Below the pieces are notes generated by a model. It did no database searches and was not told the origin of the DNA. It worked only from the letters and a program-made list of their open reading frames with translations. A DNA stretch of 57,760 nucleotides, counting the filler, from Sphacelaria rigidula (Eukaryota): NCBI GenBank assembly GCA_964200075.2. It is 8 parts of 8 records of this genome, joined end to end, with 100 filler letters (N's around TTAATTAATTAA, not from the genome) between each part and the next. Parts side by side here need not be neighbours in the genome. Positions count along the whole stretch, not along the records: positions 43,397 to 50,528 come from CAXNAA020016325.1; positions 50,629 to 57,760 come from CAXNAA020016326.1; 6 more parts are not named here. One strand, written 5' to 3'. Made by a program: the position numbers and the translations under genes. Every line of letters begins with the position of its first letter. Within the stretch, counting starts at the first letter, position 1. Shown in pieces: positions 48,301 through 57,760 of this stretch.

Positions 48301-48915
48301 TATCGATTCTCCATTTCCTGCACAACTTCCTCACCCGCCTATTTCTCTGAGCTCTCGTCTGCTGGCTTTTTGTCCATATTAGGCAATGATCTGTAGTTCC
48401 CACGTCCTCCGCGCATACATGTACCTCCAGTTTTTCACTATTTCCATGCTCTACCACTATATACAATAGTCAAGAATGGAGCGTTCTCTATTTTTTTCTC
48501 TTCATTTCCTCGTCCATGTCCATTGCGCCTCTGGCTTTTATGCTTCATCGTTCAGCGTCTTCATCTTGTTATGTTCAAAGAGCTTCAGCATTTTTACGCC
48601 ATGCGTGTTCTTCTTTTCTTCCCCGTATTGCCCAAGGATATCATCCGGTTGACTTGTTTCTCCAACCCTTGCATTAAAGTCTCCCACTTACATCACTTCT
48701 CCTTGTCTTGAACACTTGCGAACATCTGCTGCTATATCTCCAAACCTCCGTCGTCCACCCTATTCTTCGATTCTGGGGGCATGTAGATGTTCCCTACGAA
48801 GAAGTCCTTCGTTCCCCGCTCTTCTGGTACCCTTATCCATACGCTCTCGTCGAATTTCTTGTCTTCGATCACTTTTACAACATCACACAGGTATTCCTTG
48901 ACTCAGAATCGCCGT
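45313..48915 (-). mobile_element. Degenerate non-LTR retrotransposon (APE endonuclease + RT; RTE/RTEX-like), 5' truncated
   Basis: Minus strand: APE motifs (VWIRV...FVGNIYMPP, GDFNARVG, TTDHCLI), RT motifs (EGQADFRP..SC..HVYTL, GVAQRCTLS, GLMFADEF, and GTPEGLEKQI after removing the MITE), C-terminal CPCG...ESRAH motif; many stops and frameshifts. Confidence 0.9.
46594..46851. mobile_element. MITE subfamily A inserted in the LINE RT domain, perfect 4-bp TSD
   Basis: GAGTGATGCTAC / GTAGCATTGCTC; TTCT on both flanks; removing the element and one TTCT restores GGA ACA CCA GAA GGA TTA GAG AAA CAG ATA. Confidence 0.93.
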
Positions 48916-49752
48916 TGATCATCCCCAGCAGGGAACTTGCAGCGTTCTCACTGTCTACCAGGCCTCATCAACTGCAAGTCGTGGGCCACCCCCGTCCTTC
49001 CTCCATTTACTGAGAGAAACATCCCAACCAAAAATACTATCCCTTCTGTTTCTCCACTAGAAAACACAACTGGGGAATGCCTTCACCCCCAAGAAATCGT
49101 TCGTGTAAACGTAGCTGAAAACTGAGGAGTTGACGTGCCTGATCCTCGTGAGGGGCACCCTTGCATTATCGTGCAACCTCCATTTTGGATGCTGGTGTTC
49201 CTTCGAGACATTCATGTCTCAGACGGAAGTCCATCTGGCATGTAGATATTTATCAATCACAGGATGTTCATCTGGGATATTTATCAGAGGTGGCCACCTC
49301 GGATGTCGATTTCCCTCTGAGATTTTGTTGTCGAAATGTCATCGATATCGAGGATTTGATCAAGTCCTTTTGCATGGATTTTTCCCATGCTCGACAAGTC
49401 ATTTGAAATTGTATGGGATCAGCTAACAGGAGATTAGTGGTACCACACTCACTTGGTTGACGTCTATCTAACACCTGTTGTTCTTGTGAGGACACAGTTA
49501 AGTATTGCTTGGTGTCGTTGTAATCAAGAGCGACGTGACTCCACCCTGAAAAATAACTACCTGATTGTATACAATCTTGACCTCATTGCCTTCGATATAC
49601 CAACGCGGTTTCTGTGCGGGAAATAGCCTCTTGATTGCCGAATGACATGCTTAGTTCGAAGTTTCGACCGTAGTTTCAAACTACTTTGTTCAGAAAGGAG
49701 TCAACTAACCACTATTTTTTCAGCCCCTGCCCTCCCTCTCCCCTCTCCCATC

Positions 49753-49815
49753 CTCCGTCTCGAAAGGAATGCGTGACCAATGGTCAAACGACTAAGGCAA
49801 GCAATATCTGAGTAC
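49753..49815 (+). mobile_element. 5'-truncated copy of the LINE 3' end
   Basis: CTCCGTCTCGAAAGGAATGCGTGACCAATGGTCAAACGACTAAGGCAAGCAA...GAGTAC, C-rich on both sides. Confidence 0.78.
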
Positions 49816-49994
49816 AACCCCCCCCCCCCCCAGACTTTCTATAACAATAATGAATTTCTGACCCAGACAGGGGGGAGCGGCCCGCGGCCTGCCGCTGGTA
49901 GGCCCCCAAGAATGACTTGCTCGGCATACCTACGACAGCAGTAGCAGCTTTCATACCCTTCCTTTAGGCCACCGCCCTTCTCTTTCTCCAACAG

Positions 49995-50185
49995 GATGGA
50001 CCATACGGAGCGCAACTGCTGTGCAGAAAACACGTTCGATCCTGCGTCTGGTGAAAGCACATGCATTTGGAGCACAAATGGTGGACTTGGGTACACAGAC
50101 CGCACACCTTCTCCAGCCGTATTGGTCATCATCAGTGTATTCGCCTTCGTGACCTTCTGCGCGTTTCTTTATTGCATCCTGGGAA
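49995..50185 (+). CDS. Internal exon of a membrane protein (Cys-containing segment followed by one transmembrane helix)
   Basis: Strong acceptor CCCTTCTCTTTCTCCAACAG and donor A|GTGAGT; open frame MDHTERNCCAENTFDPASGESTCIWSTNGGLGYTDRTPSP-AVLVIISVFAFVTFCAFLYCILG. Confidence 0.7.
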
Positions 50186-50528
50186 GTGAGTGCGAATTGT
50201 GTTTTGATTATTCGCTTGCACGTATTACTGTATGGTATGGTCTGCGCCCTCTGAATATGTCTTGTGTGTGTCCGAGTTGCTTTGTTCGGCTGAGAATGTT
50301 TCGCACCCTTGACAGGCGGTTCACGCCCACCACCCAAAAAACACTTTTCGGCCGAACCTCTCGCCGTTTCAAGGAGTTGGACCCTGAAACTTTGCACAGA
50401 TGTTCTATGAGGCATTACGTAACTCTCGAAGGTCGAGTTCTTTTTTGTTTACTGAGTCATCCTACGATAGGGAGGGGGGGGTATTTGGTTGCACGAAGCA
50501 AGAGGCTCATAAGTGTGTCAGACATCCT

Positions 50529-50628
50529 NNNNNNNNNNNNNNNNNNNNNNNNNNNNNNNNNNNNNNNNNNNNTTAATTAATTAANNNNNNNNNNNNNNNN
50601 NNNNNNNNNNNNNNNNNNNNNNNNNNNN
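50529..50628. other. Artificial scaffold linker
   Basis: 44 N + TTAATTAATTAA + 44 N. Confidence 0.99.
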
Positions 50629-50707
50629 TTGCTGGTGTGATCTGCTTTCATTAGGTCCCGCAGGGAGAGGGGGTGAGGGGTGGCTGGGGCGGTGGGGTGC
50701 GGGGGCA

Positions 50708-50899
50708 ACGAGTCTGACTCGAGTCATATGAGTCATCGTGAAAAATGAAGACGAGTCCGATCCGAGTCATACGAGTCATTGCGAAAAGTGAGGACGAGTC
50801 CGACCTGAATCTCACGAGCCATCGAAATAAACAGTCTGAGAATGGCGCCAACGAGTCCGACTCATACGAGTATCAGACCCGGGACTCGTCCGACCTGTG
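50708..50899. repeat. ACGAGTC-motif subterminal repeat cluster related to 36242-36637
   Basis: Repeated ACGAGTC(C/T)GA / GAGTCAT motifs ending in GACTCGTCCGACCTGTG. Confidence 0.65.
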
Positions 50900-52891
50900 C
50901 GAAAATTCATCAGTTCTTGCCGGCTCATGTTTGCATATCTTGGAACGGTTCGAAAGCGCCCAAACTGACGTTGATACAGCACCAGTTTGGCAAACAGGGG
51001 TTTGGTGGTTGAATGTTGAATGCTCCCTGAAAGTTTGAACCTCACTGTATTTTCCGCGTACGTATCTCCTCTTCGTACGCTGAAAACATATCGCAGAGAG
51101 GCGTATCTCTCGAGGAATCCCGTCGCCTCAAGCTAGGATCTCCGAAGCAAACAGCACGCTGGGATATCGGAGACGAACGTCGCTGCACATTCCGTACGGT
51201 GGATATATTCGGAGGAGGAGTAATGAGGAAGCAGAGGAAGGGCTGTCGCCTTGTAAATATGTTGTGAAGATGATCCAGATCCGTTCTTGGGGTGTGTAGT
51301 ACGTTTCGCTAGGCTGAGCCAGCTGTGATGGAAGACGATGTCTACTGGGGTGAGAGCGGGGCGACGTGTAAGATGATGTGCATTGATAATGGAATGGGTG
51401 CACTTGTGTAGGGTTCGGGATGGCGTCTGCCTACGTCACTTTTAGTCTTGCTGTTGTGTATTTTTTGTAAGGCTCCAATTGTTTCGGGTAGGTGAGATCA
51501 GCACTACTACTACTATTCTTGACGGTTCGAGAAATCAAGAAGTTCACTTGTATTTTTTCAACTGTTAGATTTTACTCCGAGTTTTAACTCGAGTTGAAAA
51601 CCCGGTCAAACCGTGTTGAAAATGAGACCGATTTTCGCTCGAAGATTCATGCCTTAATATCTCTCTTCCGCCGCTCCCCCAAAGATAAGAGTATCTTGTA
51701 CACGTTGTATTCACAGGTGGTGTTACAGTAGTCCGGTCGTGTGCCATGGTGCGGTTGCTTGATGGTATGCTGCTTGAGGTGCTCAGCTTTCGCTTCTACG
51801 CAGTGAGCGAAGATGATCGCATTGTCTTGTGTCTGGCGGAGTGCGGCGTGAAGTCCCGGCGATCGTGTGCCGAGCTTCAGCTGTACAGTAGGGCGTGCGG
51901 TGGTGCACGATCTGTGGCATGTCGGTTATCCACAGTATATTGTACGCTAGATACATAAACGTACGTTCCGGTGGTACTGTAGATTGAGCGCGCGCGGGGG
52001 GGAGGGGGGTGCCAGTTATAAAAGCTTTGGCATACCGTTCGTGTTTGCCTGGGGCGTTTATGCAAGCTCTCGACCTTTGATATTGTGCACACGCGTCCGA
52101 TAATAAAGTGCTAATGATGACGTAGGTAGCCGGTGTGGTTTGTGCTGGCGTCAAAATGTTGTTGAATGGGGGGAGGTGAGAGAGATGGTGCCCGCTAGAA
52201 TAATCAGTAAATGACTATATATATATTTACTGTATACGAAGTATATACGGTCAGGAGTGTAATGCTGTGTAGTGCACGGCCGGCACGAGAAGAACTTGTA
52301 CGTAGGGTGTAACTTTTTCACCTCGGCGTCTCTCGCGTCAGTTTATTGAGTTTCATTAATTTATCGTTTTTCTTCTTCTGTTTTTCCTGTTGATATTTTG
52401 CTTTCTGAATTTTTTTCTCCGAGTGTGTGTGTCAATGAGTTTCTATTTTTTTCGCTCGAGGTTCTGTCGGAACGTTTTTTTTTTGTTTACATGTTGCCTT
52501 TGGGCAGGTCTATGTTGGGACCACGGTGGGAGTCGTGGCGGGTGCGACAATGAAAAATTCAACCACCGATGGAACCACACCACCTTTCTCTTTGTTGTTG
52601 CTTCGAAGTACAAGATGTGCCACCCGACTGAAGACACACTCGCGACAGTACAGTACCCTCGTGCCTTGAGGTAAAATGTAGCTCAGGCACGGCACTCCCA
52701 CCCATCCCTTGCACGCATATATTCCTGGACCACTGGACCCCAACGCCTGGGTAAGTCGCCATCCAAAGAGGAGGACCTTAGAGGTTACTCTTGAAGAAAT
52801 AACTGCTACAGTAACGCCGTTAAATTTAGACGTGAAATCCTTGAGCACCAAGCCTTTTTGAATGGAACGTCGATGGACTGCAGGTAGTTTA

Positions 52892-53193
52892 TACAACGTT
52901 TTTCGTGAAATTGAGAGTAGAGCGCTGATTGGGAGTGGCTTTGGTCATTCGCCCCAACTTGGCCATTTTTTCATTCCGTGTTTGCTTTTCTTTGCCCCCA
53001 TCACTAGCGTGTGCTTACAGCTACACGTCGATATCTTACTCAGGGATATCAAGGGTCTCAGTGGCAAGCTACTATAGTAAAGTATATCGGGCTTCATGGA
53101 GGGGCATTTCGGAACTGAAACGGTTCATTCACTAATTGACCACTTTTCACTCTCAATCGAATCCTCTACTCTCAAATTCACGAAAACAGTGTT
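52892..53193. mobile_element. ~300-bp MITE, AACA-terminus family
   Basis: TACAACGTTTTTCGTGAAATTGAGAGTAGAG / CTCTACTCTCAAATTCACGAAAACAGTGTT; partial copies on two other scaffolds. Confidence 0.8.
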
Positions 53194-53195
53194 TA

Positions 53196-53361
53196 ACAGG
53201 ACAGGGATAAGATATGTAAAGGTTTTTGTGTAATGTGTGGAAGAAACGTAATGAGCACTTAAATGTTGGAGGTGTCTCCATCAGGAGTAGGAACGGTGCT
53301 CCGTCTCGAAAGGGATGTGTGGTCAATGGTCAAACGACTTGGGAAAGCAACAAATGAGCAC
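53196..53361 (+). mobile_element. 5'-truncated LINE copy including the end of ORF2
   Basis: ACAGGACAGGGATAAGATATGT...GGAAGAAACGTAATGAGC... aligns with the LINE at about 45313-45462 (minus); followed by a C-run. Confidence 0.82.
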
Positions 53362-53772
53362 GCCCCCCCCCGCCCCCCCGCCCTCCACACACAGCCCACA
53401 ATTGTCCACCTCCGCGAATCTTATGAAGATAAACGTGATACACCCTTCCAGTCACGTAGTCCTGTACGCAGACGGAAGACCCCACCAGGACACACACAAT
53501 TAAGATATCAAAGTCTGGACTATTTCAAAACTTTTAGGTCCCGAAAAAGGAAGTTTCCCCTCCGCAAGAGGGACGAAGGGGGAGGGGAGCAGAATCTTCA
53601 GCTTATCGAGATCCCGGGGTGAGAATGTGTCCTTTCAAATCAAGTGTGGAGAATGACAAGGGCATACACGTACTTGAAACGAAACTGCAGGGACCAGTAT
53701 TTTTTTTCGTGAGTTAAGGACATTCTCGTGAAAAAATGGTTTTTGCTATACTGAAGCGTCCTTAGCTCACGG

Positions 53773-54330
53773 GAGCAATGCTACGGTAGGGGTGCACTTT
53801 TTTGCGCAAAATCTTGTCTGGTTCAGGGGCTCCTGAAGATTCTAGATGCACAAGAATATAGGTCAGAGCATCACGGTTAGCAAAGTCATTCAACAGTGAA
53901 TTCTCGAAAATGGGGTTGAAACACAAAATGAGGTTCAAATCAAAAGGCGTGTTTTCCCTGACCTAAACTCATGACAAATGACTTTCGTATGGACGATCTC
54001 ATCCCTCCCGACCTCCCCAGAACTATTTTGGGGTGTTCCTAGCCTTCCGATCCCCCAAAGAGTATGTGCGAAAGCACACTTGTGCCTCGATTTTCGGGGT
54101 GAAGAAAGGACGTTCTTTCGCCCAAAAATCGTGCTTTCGCACGTACCCTCTGGGCAAACAGAAGGCTAGAAATCCCCCGAAATAGTTATAGATAGGTCGG
54201 GAGGGATGAGGTCGTCCATATGAAAGTTATTTGTCATGAGTTTAGGTCAGGGAAAGCACGGCGTTTGAGTTGAACCTCAGTTTTTTTTACCCCATTTTCG
54301 AGAACCCACTGTTATCCGGGATATCCCTAG
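53773..54330. mobile_element. MITE subfamily A (inverted), interrupted by a fold-back MITE and cut off by a putative LTR
   Basis: GAGCAATGCTACGGTAGGGGTGCAC...GTCATTC [insert] ATCCGGGATATCC continues the reverse complement of 9834-10089. Confidence 0.8.
53892..54313. mobile_element. Fold-back MITE (422 bp), paralogue of 12270-12692
   Basis: AACAGTGAATTCTCGAAAATGGGG...CCCATTTTCGAGAACCCACTGTT; flanks ATTC/ATCC. Confidence 0.9.
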
Positions 54331-57300
54331 TGTAATGCGGTTATGCCGCTGTATGTGGCAAGCACAGGTTCACTATGCAAGACAAGGGGGCAGTCAACAG
54401 ACTGAACAGCCAAGCCAGACAACAAGACACCACCTTACACAGATTTGTCCAAAAGGTATCAAAATGTCACGCGCAGGTAGATGCTATCACTTCTTATTTG
54501 CTTGGTCTCAACCTTACACTGTCCAATCTTTCAATCCAATCTTTCAAGCTTCATCGATTAGTCTCACCGGTGTTAGATTTCTTTGCTGGAAGAGGGGAGT
54601 GGATAGTAGTGATTGGATGCGTACGGTACATCCAAGCGCTTCCCTATTCTATCCTTATATACAAGTTCACACTCGTATCTGACCAACTCTGAACAGACCT
54701 GCAGTCTTAGAATAACCAGAAATGCAATATAAAGCCGGACTCACCGGACTCATCGACGGCTCCAAGGCGGCATGACAAGAGGCTAATATGGTCCTCATGA
54801 CACTAACCCATCCAGACGAACCTTTACTATAGCTGCGAGGATTTATTCTCTAAGCAGCGAAAACCAAGGTTTTTCTTTACTCGTAAAGTCATGAGCGGCT
54901 TAATAAAGCACACCTAAGGAAACACTCCCGTACCCACTCCCACACGTAAAAAAAAAAAGAAGTATAATATACTGCTTCGAGGAGCAGAAAAAACTGCTTC
55001 GAAACACGGAAGCGCAAACTGCTTCTGCGTCCTAGCGATCAACGAAGAAGTACAAATCGCTTCGGCGTCTTGGCAAAGCTGAGGGGGAAAACAGGGAGTT
55101 ACAACAGGGGGCAGAGCTTCAACCTGGGAAATTCAAAGAGAAACGACAAGATCAGTATGCGACCAAAGCATGTTGGTCGGAAGCAAAATCTGAAAATCGG
55201 CGATCCAACGAGATCGAGCGCCAGCCGGAAGGGAATACTAGAGCTCCAGTAGTCGTAGATGGTGTGGCTTCAGTAGTTCTTCGATCGTCGCCCGATGTGG
55301 GTGGTCCTGTTGTGGGTGTCGTAGAGTAGAGTCCTCGTGAAGGAGGGAGGGCAAACAAATACCAAAGAGGGGGGAGGGAAGCTGCAGCGAAGTAGCGTGG
55401 TTTAAAGCGGTGCGTGGACGTTGTGGGTGTGGTCGATGTTGCGCTGGAGACCGCGGCGAAGTCCTTTGGACTTAAGGCGCTGGAAGCACCAGGATCCGCG
55501 TGGTGCAGATGGGCTGGTGGTGTATAGTGCTGGCCGGAGCTTGAGCTGTATGGGTCCAGGATCATCGATGAAGCGCACGATGTATGTGTCGGCCGAAACC
55601 AGGTTGGCGGGGTGGGTCTGATCCAACCACCAGAGGTTATCGCTGCCTTTGAACCAAGGGTAGCTGCCCTTGGGTAGTATTCGGTGGTTTGCGAAGAACT
55701 TCACCTTACAAGTCGTGGTGGGTACAAGTTCGTAACCATTGGCGACAAAGCGTATCCCTGATCGCGGTGACGTTCGCGGGTTGCTGCACCACGACGCATG
55801 TTGCGATATTCCTTCTTGTGGGCAAGATGCTGATGTAGGGATTGCGTCCAGTACAGGAGGATTGCACGGGCGGTGCAATTGAAGGTCGGATTCGCGTTCC
55901 CAAGACGCCCTCCGAAGACCGTGCCAGTGGGCCTAATACATGACAGCATTTTGCCACCTCGACCACGAGTTATCTGGTGGCCGGAGATGGTGGACATGGT
56001 CAATCGGAGGGGCTGTTCCGTCACGTCGTCGGTGGTAACATGGCAGGGCGGGGACTTGGTCGAGTAGCTGTTGAGGACATGCTGTGTGAGTCCGGCAGGG
56101 AGGTACTTGGGCATGTCGCTTGTATCATGCGGGTTCGTACAGGGTTTGCATCTGTGCACGGAGATGCGGGGTTTGGTGTCATTGCCCTGGAAGTCGCGAG
56201 GCAGGTCGAGATAGAGCAGTTTATCACCAACGGATTTGTCATTCGGTGATGATGGCGATGGTCCGGCTGTCAGGATCTTGAATGGTCCTGTCCAGTTGAG
56301 GGACAGTTTTGTCTTAAAAAATGCTTCGTTGGCTGCCTTGCTGGTGCCTTGGCGGATGGTCGACAAACTGTTGTAGATCCAAACCCAGTCACCAACTTTC
56401 CAGTTGGGGCGTTTGTGCATGAGGTTGTAGAGAGCAGTGTTAGATCTCTCCAGGCGCGAGGTGTTGATAGCGTGTTGCTCGCGCACGAGGGTAAACGCTT
56501 TGCGTTGTCGTGAATGCGCTAGCTTGTGATAGGATATCCGCTACTGATCCATTCCTTGGTGGCCATGGAACGTGTGTCACTCAAACACGGTGATGGGCAG
56601 CCCAGGGTAGCGTCCAAGATAAAGGTCGTTCGGATAAAGGCCTGTGGCGGCGTTAACCGAGTTGTTGTAGGACAACATGATGTGCGAGAGATGTAGGTCC
56701 CAGTCATTTTGGCGGTCATTGACAACCATAGAGAGCATCTGAGCCATGATGTGATTAGCTCTTTCGGTACAACCGTTCCGGTGGTGGGCGCTCGTGGCAA
56801 TTTTGCGGATATCCAGGAGCTTGTAAAGCTCATCAGAGAGATCTGAGCAAAATGGCTGACTATTGTCTGAAGGGAGTCGCTTCGGGCAACCATAGTGCTT
56901 AGTGTAGTCGTGGACCGACGTGTCGGCCGTGCCGGCGCCAGTGAAATCTGCGGGGGTTACCGCGTACTTGGACGCGTAGCGGCTGAAGCGGTCAGTGAAG
57001 AGTAAGATGTAGGTGTTGCCGCGACCCATGCTCGGTAGAGGGCCAAAGTAGTCAAAGGACACAAGATGGTCTGGCGCGTTGGGGAGTCCCATAGAGAGGA
57101 CTAGCCAGCATACTGTCTGCCGTGAAGCGTTCCGGGCTTGGCATTTGAAGGATCGTCGAACCCAGAAGCGGGTGGAAATTTCCATGCCAACCCACCAGTA
57201 GAAGCGTTCCAAGAGCGCTAGGGTGCGGGTGACGCCAAGGTGACATGACAAGTCTGTGTGACAGCCTTTCATGACTCAGGAGCGCATTGATAATCGAACA

Positions 57301-57687
57301 TATATGCGCATGGGTTCGTCATCGAGTAGTCGTGCGTGGCGTCCCGTGATTGAGACGGAAATTGCGCCTGTCAAGGGCGTGGGGCGACGCACGAGTAGTT
57401 GTACACCTTTATCCGTAGTAAAAAGGGTGCCTTCACGCACGAGTTCGTATACGTCAGAGATATCTGGTGGAGGCAGTGTGCCAACCGGGGCCGGAAGGGC
57501 GGATGGAAAAGGGACTGGACACTCAAGTTATAAGTACCGGATGGCTGCGCGACATAACCGTTCCGCGTTTTGTTTGCGAGTCCAATCGCGGTGAGAGTAG
57601 CTGGCGAAAAACTTGCGTGGTTGGCCTTCCGCTGGCGAGCCGATCGAGACGTCAGCTCCATGCTCGGGGGCGGTAGATGTTGGTGGC
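54331..57687 (-). mobile_element. Second Ty3/Gypsy element, 3' part: degenerate integrase with GPY/F motif and long C-terminal region, putative PPT and 3' LTR (about 54331-54924)
   Basis: ORFs 56577-57272 (CH....CHLG..RT...FYWW, FDYFGPLP, TDRFSR, SDN, NGCTERANH) and 55701-56486 (VGDWVWI, KLSLNWTGPFKI). Purine-rich GGGAGTGGGTACGGGAG followed by TG at 54924 in element sense; the LTR limits are inferred. Confidence 0.85.
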
Positions 57688-57760
57688 TATAGCCTCTGCC
57701 AGACGATCTGGACAAGAGGGCTATTCAGTGAGGGACTTCGCCAGAATCCACTGGCCTCAC
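57688..57760. mobile_element. End of an LTR related to the 14671/19216 LTR family, truncated by the window end
   Basis: TATAGCCTCTGCCAGACGATCTGGACAAGAGG..TAT...CCACTGGCCTC matches the first ~70 bp of both LTRs on scaffold 3. Confidence 0.8.

Noticed and set aside
51128-52860. Possible minus-strand exons (about 51650-51880 and 52700-52855) and a weak GAG-pre-integrase-like fragment near 51128-51403
   Set aside because: Open frames and acceptor-like sites exist, but donors and phases could not be joined and no domain was recognisable.

Overview
This window is not one locus. It is eight unrelated eukaryotic scaffolds of nearly identical length (7133 bp x4, 7132 bp x4), joined by an artificial 100-bp linker (44 N + TTAATTAATTAA + 44 N), so nothing can be inferred from adjacency across a linker. 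GT-AG introns, WSC-domain exons and the repeat landscape suggest a brown alga (Phaeophyceae); this is inference. Supported host genes: (1) a partial 9-exon minus-strand gene (265-6677) with two WSC domains, a Pro/Thr linker and a region resembling the non-catalytic front half of fungal Agd3 polysaccharide deacetylase; (2) a ~2.4-kb coding exon (38811-41258, minus) with motifs reminiscent of Rrn9-domain proteins, head-to-head with (3) the first two exons of a pantoate-beta-alanine ligase carrying a transit-peptide-like N-terminus; (4) isolated exons at 24401-24470 and 49995-50185. Most of the rest is transposon-derived: an internally deleted Ty3/Gypsy element with both LTRs (one with a 5x68-bp expansion), a second Gypsy integrase/LTR fragment, a degenerate RTE/RTEX-like LINE with five short 3' copies lying next to C-rich tracts, tRNA-derived SINE remnants, and many MITE/fold-back elements, several with readable target-site duplications. 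A 307-nt hairpin (43921-44227), not repeated elsewhere in the window, is a small-RNA precursor candidate. No CRISPR array, rRNA or intact tRNA was found. All family assignments come from motif recognition, not database searches.
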